Shown: piece after piece, positions 1 to 10,574 of the stretch
How the letters are laid out: the number at the start of each line of letters is the position of its first letter
Position numbering within the stretch: position 1 is the first letter of the stretch
From: Octopus bimaculoides
Lineage: Eukaryota
Assembly (NCBI RefSeq): GCF_001194135.2
Contig: NC_068983.1
Coordinates: forward strand, 141,151,583-141,186,333
Direction: 5' to 3'
Length of the DNA stretch: 34,751 nucleotides
The notes under the pieces: model-generated
Database searches by the model: none
Told to the model about the DNA's origin: nothing
Seen by the model: only the letters and a program-made list of their open reading frames with translations
Translations under genes and position numbers: made by a program

Positions 1-240
1 TGTGGAGGACGGGGCAGATGTGGAGGAGAAAAATTGGAGGTGAGTAGGAGGGGAGAGAAGGGGAACGGGAGGGGAGGAGGGGAATGATGAGGTGCACGAT
101 GATGATGATGATGATGATGATTATGATGATGTTGATGGCTGTCTTCTATGCTGTTGAAGCTGATGATTATAATAAAGTTAATAATGCTGACTGGTGATGT
201 TTACGAGGAAAAGGACGTGATTGGCGGGGTGATTATGTCG
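1..240. repeat. Purine-rich (GGA/GAG) low-complexity tract grading into a degenerate (GAT)n microsatellite
   Basis: GGAGG/GGGGA runs at 1-90, a GATGATGAT run at about 97-130, then decayed GAT/ATT triplets. Overlaps the start of the spurious 148..360 ORF. Confidence 0.85.
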
Positions 241-774
241 TTAAAGATGATTAAAGTTATATTAATGGTTATGAAGAAGATAATGTTAATGACGATATTT
301 ATTTTATTTTTTAATAAACAAAATATTGGCCTTGTTTTCTTTCATGTTACAATTCTTTAATAGTAAAATTTGACATGTATATATTTATTTCTATATATTT
401 ATTTCACCACCACTGTCATCACTAATATTATTCATTTCGTCTTTACCATCGGGATCATGTTCCTCCTCCCCCCCTTTTTCTTCCTCCTCTTCTTCTCCTT
501 CTTTTTCACTCACACATACTTACCCTCATCATGAACCTTATCATCATCAAATATCAAAAGATATTTTAATGTCTAGGGTTTTGTGATAACTATTATAATC
601 ATGCTTTGGTATATTACGAAGTTGTTTGATGACACTAAATTCTGATTTTATAGCCCTTCCTTCTGTTTCTATTGCTGTTGATGTCGATGATGATGACACC
701 GATGAAGACAAGTAATAGATAATTAATGCTACCGGCAGTTTCGTTGGTTTTCTCTTTGTACTCTCTGCATTCAG

Positions 775-794
775 ATAGCCCATCTTCATTGACG
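775..794 (+). other. Candidate 20-nt small exon
   Basis: Pyrimidine tract TTTTCTCTTTGTACTCTCTGCATTCAG, then ATAGCCCATCTTCATTGACG, then GTGAGA. Only one frame is open (xSPSSLT, phase 1 to 0). Confidence 0.2.
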
Positions 795-1734
795 GTGAGA
801 TAGGTGGGCATTTTTATTTCAATTGTGCATAGCTAGTTTGCGTTTTGATCTAAAAGTAATTATAGAAATAGTAATTGAAATTATTGTGAACAGGAAGATT
901 AGTTATTTCTCAAATATCGGATACTCAGTCACAAAAGAATTTTGTACTTGACAAGGGTTTAAATTTAAACATTTTCACTTATATTTTCTTTATATTTTTT
1001 CATTGTTGAACAATTGGAAATCTCTGGTACTTCTAGGTTCTGGTGACACACATCCTAAACAATATTTAGCTGACACATTCCAAGTATTTATAAAACGTTT
1101 ACATAACGGTGAAAGTATTACATTACAGTTTTTGAGATTTCATATTTTGTTTATAAAGGGCTTTATTAAGAAACTTTCAGGTGTGCAAACCAAATTCCTT
1201 GCTTTGAACTGCTCAGAAGTTATACTAAATAATTCTGAATCGTATAGAGTTATAAACCTAAAATCATCAATTATATTTCCCTTATCTTCATATCCACATC
1301 CAACGCTAGTGAACTTTTAGATCACTAAGACACAAATACGGAGCCATCGGTGAGAATGTTATACAAACCGCTTAAATTCTTCAATTTTAGTTTTATTATA
1401 TATGTAGTCGCAACCTTATGAACATTCTGAAATATTTTTTTCAAAATACTGTCCAACTTTCAGAAACCATAAGCACCACATGACAATTATCTAATTGTGT
1501 CATAGTATATAATGTAAGAAGTCTTCATTTATTTTCACAAGCTCACCATTGCCTGGAAATATTATAAAATATCGAATATCTAAAGCTTTGAATTATGAAA
1601 CAAAATGTTATGACAGAAAAGGGAAATAAATGCATAAATGATTTTTTGTCAAGTGTAAAACATCTGTGATTTACGACAATAAATGAGAGGCTGTGATTGT
1701 CATGGGTTAAGTTTTAACTTTATATTTCTGACGC

Positions 1735-2000
1735 GCACTCTATCTATCTCTGTATCTTTCTCCCCCTCTCATTCTTCCTTCTGTTGTTCTTCGCCTCTCT
1801 CCTTCACTATTATATCTCTCTCTCATTTTTCCTCCCTGTCTCTCGTTGCTCGCCTATGTTCAACTTCCTTCTCTTTTTTCTCTCTCTACCACTCTTTCTC
1901 CTCATCCCTCGTTGATCACATGTGACCAGCGGCTACTGCATTCCTTCCTCTCTTGGCCACTGCCAAGCAAGCACGAACTTTCTTCTCTCTTCCCCTTAAG
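1735..2000. repeat. Degenerate (CT)n pyrimidine-rich tract
   Basis: CTCT/TCTT-rich sequence; source of the Ser/Leu/Phe-rich spurious ORFs 1683..1925 and 1846..2151. Confidence 0.8.
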
Positions 2001-2319
2001 TTCATCAAATCACAGAGTTCAGTATATATATATTTTTCTCGTCTGGCCTAACAGCCCTCCATGTTTGTTTTCACTGTTTTCTGTTTGCCACTTAATTCCT
2101 CCGCATCACAAATTTTATTTAATTTGTTTTTTGCGAGAAGAGATATTCTAACAATGCGTCCTGCACTAACTCTTCGAAACGCTTAGTTTAGAATAGGGGT
2201 AGCTGATGAAGGAAATGTTCTCTATGTGGCCTGTCTATTTTCCTGTGCGTTCCTACCGTTCTGTTTTTCATTTTGTCCACGTTTTTTGTGATGTCCTGTA
2301 CCCAAAATATGCATCTATA

Positions 2320-2426
2320 TATACATGTAGATGCAGGTATGTACATATATGTACGTATATATGCATATACTCACATATTATTTGTATTATGTATGTATGT
2401 ATATATATATATATAGATAGATAGAT

Positions 2427-2488
<62 letters not shown>

Positions 2489-2545
2489 TAGACATACATA
2501 CATACATACATACATACATACATACATACAAACATACATACATAA
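2320..2545. repeat. Compound microsatellite (TATG/TA)n-(GATA)n-(CATA)n
   Basis: Direct reading: long (GATA)n at about 2413-2490 followed by (CATA)n to about 2545. Confidence 0.95.
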
Positions 2546-4097
2546 TACATAAGTCACTGGAACACTTTTGGGGAAGAAACAGAAAAAAATTGTGGTTGTA
2601 GTAGTCTTCATGGGAGCTTATACCTTGCTTTACAGCTCTCATGAGATGCACAAATTAATAATAAAATCTTATTATCCATGATATCAGTGATAATAAATCA
2701 ATCAAAAAATGTGTAAAAGCATAAGGAAAAACAACAACGAACACCTGTGATACAATCTAAATCCTTAAGATGGAATATTTTCTTTTCTTCTGAATGTACT
2801 TTGAGTGGCGTAAATCTTTATCAAAGTTATTGCTGATGCTGTTTTAGTTATTGCTTTGCTCTTCTTGTTCTTGTACTTATTGCAGCCATTGTTATTTTCA
2901 GCGCACTGATAAGAGGAGAAATAGAAATTACAATAGGAACCTCTAATGTTTGATTTTAATATACTAGAAAAAGCCAATTATTCTTTAACTCTAGCATCTC
3001 TGAAATTCCTGGATTACGCTAACTAATAAACAAATAAATATATAAGAGAGGTGTATTACATTTTTTAACTTTGCCATTACTTTATGCATAATCATTCCAT
3101 CTAAAAACATGAGCTCTATGAAAGACTCTTATGAGTAAGGAAAAATGATGATTTGAGGAATATAATTACGAATACGCAAACGGACGTAGGTTTATAATAA
3201 ACAATAGCAAGATCCAAAAAATCAAAACAGAAACAAGGAAACGAAACGAATGACCACACATAAATGAGCAACTACCACAAATCAATGCAAGAATCGCAAT
3301 CGAACCTATCACATTCAAAGTAGAGGAAAGGAAACCGACAACGCGTATAATAAATTAACTCTCGAATCACAGTGAAAACATAAGTAAGCAGCATTAAGAA
3401 AAAGGAGTATTAATTGTAACTGAACTCAAAGAAAAAAATAACTAAATCAGAGATAATGATGAAACCATAAATATTCCCAGAGAAGCATTCTTCCAAATAC
3501 AGAACCGTGACAAAATTATATCGCTGATCGTACACTTGTCTAACAGAATAAAACACAGCAACCGCATTCAACAACAATACGAAGTTGACAGAAGCAATAA
3601 ATAGAATAAAAATGATAAAACACAATGTGGATCACTGAGAGCACGTAGCGAAGTTACACAACAGTGAATTCCATAAAAGAGTAAAAATGTAAAAAGGCCT
3701 TGCAAGGAATTCTGTTCATGGAATCAAACTGCCTGATTATCAGCAGAATTATTGACAAAATATACGATATATCAACGGATTTAACGTGATTTGAATAGGC
3801 CCTATGTGCAGTGAAAGGGTTTTGGTGTGCTAAACTCGACTGTTGCAATATTTTATTTCATCAAATTTCTGTTTCCGTGGATTTATTTAATGCACTGCCA
3901 AGTTTCACATTCTCACGCGGCCTCTGAGGGTGCAGATGAAGTTCACTCTTTTGCAAGCAATAGGGACAAATCTTCGTTTTGAAGATATTTTCGTCCTTTT
4001 ACTATCTACGATTTTCTGACCCTATGTGCATGGCCTTTCCTTGACTAAACGGTAAAGAAAAATTTGCAATATATTTTTAAAGTTTGTTAGATGACGT

Positions 4098-4222
4098 TTG
4101 TGTGTGTGTGTATGTGTGTATGTGTGTCTGTGTGTGTGTCTGTGTGTGTCTATGTGTGTGCGTGTGTGCGTGTGTGTGTATGTGTGTGAGTGAGTGTGCG
4201 TAAGTGTGTGCGTATGTGTGTG
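4098..4222. repeat. (TG)n microsatellite, imperfect
   Basis: Direct reading. Confidence 0.95.
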
Positions 4223-4304
4223 CAATTGCATGTGTATAAGTAACAATATATGTTAATGAACAGCAAAAAGTGTGGTGACGTCACTTCTTTTAGATGCATC
4301 AAAA

Positions 4305-4398
4305 GAGAAAGAGAGTGAGAACGCAAGAAAGAGAGTGAGAACGCAAGAAAGAGAGAGAGAGAGAAAGAGAAAGAGAGTGAGAACGAGAGGGAGAGAAA
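4305..4398. repeat. (GA)n tract with a 20-bp unit GAAAGAGAGTGAGAACGCAA
   Basis: Two adjacent exact units plus a third degenerate copy separated by (GA)n. Confidence 0.85.
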
Positions 4399-6937
4399 CT
4401 TCTGCCTGTTGCAATGGATCGATCAGACAAGAAATATTATTTACTGTCCAGAGTGAATGATAGCACATTAATTCATAGAAACAAGCAAGCAGCAGTTCAG
4501 TTATAAAGAAAATGGTTTTACAATGTAGCAGAATGAGACACAGTGGCGTGACAGAAACAGAAGAAAAGTTTTCATATATGCTATTTACCACGAGCAGCGC
4601 CGAGTTGGTGAGGTAAAAGAATCGAAATGTAGTATTAAGTAGAAAAATTAAGCTTGAAGGCTGTTCGTTTAAAGCAAATAAAGAAAAAAGAAATAGTTAG
4701 GTTGTTAATAATTGCTTAACAATATAGGCGGTATTTTCTGGAATGTCATTAAAATCGTTCATTTATTTTTCCTTCTTTTGTTATTTCGAATCAGTTTGGT
4801 CGAGCGATTAAACCAACAATTGATTTCGTTTCGGTCATCACTTCCTTGTCCTTTTACAGTCTATACTGATAATATCATTCGACATGTCCTTTCTTTATTT
4901 TTAATGAGATTTCATTGTGATTTGAGAAACCTTCGACTGGTATTACTAGCAGGTGCATAGAGGCTATCATGTTGGCTCTTATTGTTGTGTATTTTTCATA
5001 CAGGCCACTAGTAAATGAACACTTCGTCGGTAAATAAGAATTAGAACATATTCGTTTTTATGAAGTTATAACAATTATTTGCTACTGATGTGTTTTCTAA
5101 ATTTCTAGAAGAAAATTAGTGTCTGTGCTGTAGTTTTGAATATGTTAAGAATGTAAATTTCTTAGAAGCCGGAATGTTTCATAGCATTAAGCGCATGAGA
5201 TTAAACTTTCTCTTTGATTTAACATGTGAGTTAAATCTTCTGTTTGATATTTCACGGAACATTCCAAGAGAATCAACAGATTGGTGAAGTAAATCGTATA
5301 GTATTAAGGAGACTTCCCAAATACACAATGAAACAACTGAAGTGGATTTAAATACAGGAGCTCTGAGATCTTCAATATATTATCTGCTGTATCATTTCTC
5401 ATATAATCCTGACAAGGCAGAGATTCGGGGATCTGCATGACAGGTTATAGGAGATTATTAGACTTAACGTTTGTACCGCAAGTGACTTTTTAAATTCCAT
5501 AATATTCATCAGTAGCAGTGAAGATGCGGTATTATGTATAGCAAGTAGAGTTCTTTAAAGTTTATATTTTGGTGTTATTGAATGTGATCAAATCATCAAG
5601 TCTCAATTACAGAATAATTTATTAGATGGACAAAGGTGGTAGTATGCTTTGAAGTTGCATGCAAACGTAACCCGTACCCACACGAAGGAAACCAATATAG
5701 GAACAAATATAATTTTTAAAAGTGAGCCGAAAGAAATAGCTCAAATAGACCAAAGACCTGAATTTAGATAGATAAGGGATGACCAGCTGCAATAATTGCA
5801 ATATGCAAAAATACCCAGCCAGGTCTCTTACTTGGAGAAAAGAAAGAAATGTTATGCAGTAATTGTTAGTGATACTCAAAGTAATTTCAAGACATAAATA
5901 AAGTCTTTGTTAATTTACCTAGCTTAACAGAGAAGTATTTCCTTTCTCTATGCGTATGTGTCAACTATGCGCGTGTTTCGGTCTATAAAACCTAATAAGC
6001 ATAGGTGTAATCTACATGAGTCTTCCAGATCAGTTGAAAAATATTTGATTCCATAATTTAAAGGATTAAAACTGAAATGTGCCAAGGGAAATAAATCAAG
6101 AGGGCCAATGACTGAGATGTTTTTTTTTGTTTTTTTTTTGTTATTGAAATACACTAGAATAAATTGGATATCAAGCTGAAGCTCATGTCGAGTAAACTGT
6201 TAAATTAAAGAAACAAAGACTTCTAATCTCAATTTTCAAGAGAAAATAAGACATATATGAAAATTTAGTTGATATAATAAACCAAGCCGATCCATGATAA
6301 GACAATCATTTCTTGACGTTTTCATTTTTTGCCTGTTTTTTCATTATCGATATTGTTTCACCGTTTTCTTTTTATCATTGCTACTAACGTGACTGCTGTA
6401 TATATCCGTCATCTTGCTGTGCTTGCAGTTGATGCATGTTTGATTTAGCATTGATTTTTATTGATTTAGTTGCTAGTTTTCTGTTGTTGTTGCTCTAGTC
6501 CCTGCAGCTGTTATTGCTGTTAATGTTGTTTTATGTCTTCTCTTTGGTTTCGACTTATGTTTACGTTTTTGAGCAGCAGCATTTTATAATAGTAATCCAA
6601 TAATCTTCTTACTGTTATTACTATATTTTCTTTCCTCTATATTTTCATATTATTGTTGTCCAAACAGTGTTATTGAATGGAATATTGAGATTGTTTCAAA
6701 TAACTTATTCAGTGCCCGTGGTGCCAAACTGGTTACAGTGCGAATGTTGAATATTTGAAGGGCAATATCTGCTGGACAAAAACGAAGAGGGCAACAAGGG
6801 TTCTGGTACGAATATTTGCAGGAGAATAAATTCTGTAAAAACATTCACACTAAAAGTATCATCAAATTTCGTTAGACCCACGCAAGCCCTAAGGTTCCGC
6901 TTCAGTAGACCTATGATCAAAAGCGATTCCCACCAGT

Positions 6938-6987
6938 TTTGTTTTTTTTTTGTTTTTTTTTTTGTTTGTTTTTTTTTTTTTGTTTTT
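6938..6987. repeat. Poly-T tract interrupted by G
   Basis: Direct reading. Confidence 0.9.
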
Positions 6988-7043
6988 ACAATGCGTCGAT
7001 AACATATCTTTTGATATGATGGGTTTTTGAAATTATTCCAACA

Positions 7044-7096
7044 ATGTCGAGCGATCGCGAACATTTCTTTCTTTGGCTGGATAACATGGTATTCAA
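7044..7096 (+). other. Candidate first coding exon (MSSDREHFFLWLDNMVF..., ends phase 2)
   Basis: ACAATG start context, 17 open codons, then donor CAA|GTGAGT. No homology recognised. Confidence 0.15.
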
Positions 7097-7773
7097 GTGA
7101 GTAATGTCATAAGCCTGTCAATAAGAAATATGTAGTTACACTGCTTCTTTGTTTTGTTTTATTTTGTTTTTGCTTTTGCTTTTTTTTTTTCGTCTCTGAA
7201 ACTCATTCTTTTGTCACTGTGTAATATTGTGCAGAATATTGTAGTATAGCTGAAAAAAAAAAAAAAAATAATAATGTAGAGTATTTTGTTGAATTCTTCG
7301 ATATCATCATGATCCTGTACATGCTATTTTCTCTTTACTCATGCAATACCGCATTATGTCTAAATATTTCCACTAAAACCCGTTATATTCATTCATTCGA
7401 AGGAGAAACTTAGTTGAGGTACGAATGTTGTTGAACAATGCATTGCTGTTTATCTTATAATAATGCCACACTATTAAATTTACTATGAGCCAATTTAAAG
7501 GTTATCCGGGTAAGTAACCAGCCTGAGTGTCGGACAGTCTCGCAATGGCAATAGCTTTGCGGTAAATTCATGACAAAGTGATATCTGCTATATCAGCCCC
7601 AAGTACCTTAGCTCTTCATATTTAAGATTTGATGACATGTCACAAACACTTAAGAAGTGATTCAACAGTAATTATCGATGCGTTTCCTTAGCTGAGTGCT
7701 CATTTCGAATACTGGTGTATACAGAATTATTACAATGCAAACGTTTTGAATTATATATGCCTTTAAAATGTAG

Positions 7774-8511
7774 TCAAAAGCAAAAGTTTTAATTATATTT
7801 ATGAAGTTATATCGCCGACATTTTACCAAGAGTTGACAACTGGAAACGAAGATAGAGGGAGTGGAAAAACGTCAGCTAGATCGGTGATGCAACACAGAAG
7901 ATCTAGTCGCTACGCTCATTTTAGCAAAGGCTATTTGAGGTCGATGAATCCAGAAGAAAAGATGACAAAGCAAACAGCAAGTCCTAAGTTTAAGACCATA
8001 TTTACTGCTGTTGCTTCTGCACCACCAGTCTTAAGTACGGGAATAGTCAGAGTTGCAGCAAATTCAACTAAACTCATGTCTCCAGTGTAACCAGTGCACT
8101 GAAAACCGAGGCATCTCTTCTTCCATTTTTTTGCCTAAAACGAGGCGGGACAGCTGTCAGAGTAACACTTTCACCCCATCATTTTGTGTTGATAGGAAGA
8201 TGCCAAAATCTAGAGAAAAGTGAAAAACATTTAAACCAATGAAAGTAAACACAAAATGAAAAAATGAAAACAATGAGCCTAGATTTGAGGTAATGAAGAA
8301 TACCTTAAGCCAATTGTCGGCTTGGACTCCACCAGTTTTACAACTGTAGAAGGGAACGCCGAGAAATTGGCTCCAGGTGGTTTAGCTAATACCGTCGAAA
8401 CTCAGTCAGTTTTCAATAGTCCTACTTGGAAGAAGTAATCCGAGTGGAATGTAGTTAAATCTGTGTGGAGACGTGATCCTAAATAGATGGCGGTTTCTCA
8501 AGTAATACTAG
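7774..8511 (+). pseudogene. Possible degenerate large coding exon (Ser/Thr/Pro-rich, Tyr motifs), unidentified
   Basis: Weak acceptor TGTAG (AG 7772-7773) and donor CTAG|GTAAGC (8512). Length is 738 nt, phase 1 to 1. Open stretches: frame A 7767-8090 (includes ORF 7833..8090), frame B 8047-8223, frame A 8289-8438. GC looks higher than the flanks. Several stops and shifts are required. Confidence 0.3.
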
Positions 8512-8686
8512 GTAAGCATTGTCTATTTTAGTAGATTTTTAACGCTTTTAGCATATTAAATATTAGGCAATAGGTATTTCGTTGTTGCCGAACTCCTATT
8601 TAATGATCATACATACACAATCATTCACTCACACACGCGCATGCACACAGAAACACACAGCCACAGACACACACATATACATATGT

Positions 8687-8740
8687 TGCTCCAGCATGGC
8701 CACAGTCAACTGACTGAAACAAGTAAAAGAGTAAAAGAGT
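8687..8740 (+). mobile_element. Solo 3' tail of the family-C SINE / CR1-like LINE
   Basis: TGCTCCAGCATGGCCACAGTCAACTGACTGAAACAAGTAAAAGAGTAAAAGAGT aligns with the CR1 tail (26421-26476, minus) and the SINE 3' end at about 17376-17420. Hairpin CAGTCA-AC-TGACTG. Confidence 0.8.
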
Positions 8741-8762
8741 ATATATATATATATATATATAT

Positions 8763-8901
8763 CTCCGTATTCTTTCTGTTGAAGAGCGTAGCTCGAAACG
8801 TCAAAGACTTTCCGTATTCCCGAGCGTCATACTAATATATACTTTTGTTATTTACACCACCTGTCCTCGTCTGTTGTTATTTTTTGTATATTCTCCCATA
8901 T
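8763..8901 (+). mobile_element. Short element embedded in (TA)n containing a minimal hammerhead-ribozyme-like motif; possible Penelope-like element terminal-repeat fragment
   Basis: Non-repetitive 139 nt between (TA)n and ATAT+gap. Contains TCTTT-CTGTTGA-A-GAGC-GTA-GCTC-GAAA-CGTC-AAAGA. The Penelope assignment is an inference from the motif type. Confidence 0.5.
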
Positions 8902-9297
8902 NNNNNNNNNNNNNNNNNNNNNNNNNNNNNNNNNNNNNNNNNNNNNNNNNNNNNNNNNNNNNNNNNNNNNNNNNNNNNNNNNNNNNNNNNNNNNNNNNNN
9001 NNNNNNNNNNNNNNNNNNNNNNNNNNNNNNNNNNNNNNNNNNNNNNNNNNNNNNNNNNNNNNNNNNNNNNNNNNNNNNNNNNNNNNNNNNNNNNNNNNNN
9101 NNNNNNNNNNNNNNNNNNNNNNNNNNNNNNNNNNNNNNNNNNNNNNNNNNNNNNNNNNNNNNNNNNNNNNNNNNNNNNNNNNNNNNNNNNNNNNNNNNNN
9201 NNNNNNNNNNNNNNNNNNNNNNNNNNNNNNNNNNNNNNNNNNNNNNNNNNNNNNNNNNNNNNNNNNNNNNNNNNNNNNNNNNNNNNNNNNNNNNNNN
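8902..9297. other. Assembly gap (N) next to (TA)n
   Basis: Run of N. ORFs spanning it are artefacts. Confidence 1.
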
Positions 9298-10209
9298 TAT
9301 ATATATATATGTATGTATATATATATATATATATATATGCATTCACACACGATATCTAACACTTTCTATGACACATTTTTGTTGCATTAATGGATTTTTG
9401 TAATCAATAGAAAAAATATTATAATTGTTTTTCTGTTATTATCAGCATCGTCATCAGTATCGCTATCCCCACCATCCTCATCTTCCTAATCATAATCATT
9501 TTTGCTTTCAACAACTTTTTCTGAATTTTTACAGTATCTTCTGTCATTATTTTAAGTACCGGCTCATCTATCTTCTGTCATTGCTAAACGTTACACATTC
9601 CAGTTTTTCTACATTCAGTTGAAAGTGAGCGTTTCGCTTTGCACAATAAGATGCATGTGTCATCTTTTATTAGAATTGTCTGTCATTTCGTAAAATGGGA
9701 GGCTTATATTTATCTGACATTGATATAATTCTTTTCAGTACACATGGCATACGATCACAAGCAAGTACAAAATTTTGCATTAATCTAATTATGTAGGCTA
9801 AAGATAAATAAATTTTACATAGCAAATCACCGTGTATTACATCCGTCAGCATTTTCCCCAGTATATTCCATTTAATTTGTCACTATTAATTTATATAGTT
9901 TGGTGCAGTATTTTAATACTCTATTATCAAGTGTAATCGGCGTTCTGCGTTCTTGTATTCTCCCGAAGCATCATAAACAAAAGAATTTACGAGAAGTTAA
10001 CAGTGGAATCACAGGAATAAGATGAGTGGGTTATTCTCACCTCTTTCTGTCTAACATAGCCAGACTTAGAGTTGCGTGTATTGTGTAGATGGTGGCCTGA
10101 AGTCACCAATGAAGTACGGCCATTAGTTCAATGATTGAAGGTCACTAGCTACATATTTGATGACAATCAGTGAAATAAGGTTTTAGCTGTAAAATGTGTG
10201 CATTTTCAG

Positions 10210-10284
10210 GTCGACCGGTTTGGGATGTGCAGTTCGTTGTATTATCTAGGAAATGTATCTGGATTCTACAATATCAACCAGAAG
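10210..10284 (+). other. Candidate 75-nt internal exon
   Basis: Acceptor CATTTTCAG and consensus donor AAG|GTAAGT. Length is a multiple of 3. Open in phase 0 (VDRFGMCSSLYYLGNVSGFYNINQK) and phase 1 (xRPVWDVQFVVLSRKCIWILQYQPE). Confidence 0.35.
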
Positions 10285-10574
10285 GTAAGTTGGTGGTGCT
10301 AGACGTGACTAATATTCAGAATAGTAAGCGTCTGTACCCCCAAAAGACCAAGGCAGCCATATTTTAAGCGCCTTTAAGTGCTATAGAGACATTAGAACTG
10401 TATCGTGGACGTACACGTGAACTGTTTAACGAAGCAATCGTCGATAACAAATGATGGTTTTCCTTAAAAAGCGCGATTAAATATGAATCAATTAAGGTCA
10501 GTACATAAGTAGCAATAGAGAAAACTAAAACGGAGATAGGCTTGTTAGAAACTTACAAGAGGTGTTTAGTAAAG

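Noticed and set aside
50-82. G-quadruplex-compatible G runs
   Set aside because: Part of a purine-rich low-complexity tract at the window edge, with no functional context.
5622-5879. Minus-strand hydrophobic ORF with an acceptor-like site near 5830
   Set aside because: No convincing donor and no recognisable family.
6975-7064. Minus-strand peptide AIARHCWNN resembling the end of a Penelope GIY-YIG domain (A(I/V)A.H.W)
   Set aside because: The motif is too short and there is no upstream GIY/YIG sequence; the rest of the ORF is poly-T derived.
8845-9390. Long ORFs spanning N-runs (also around 24268-24881, 25548-26569, 27299-27892 and 30012-30353)
   Set aside because: They are open only because N codons contain no stops; the flanks translate as YI/IY microsatellite repeats.
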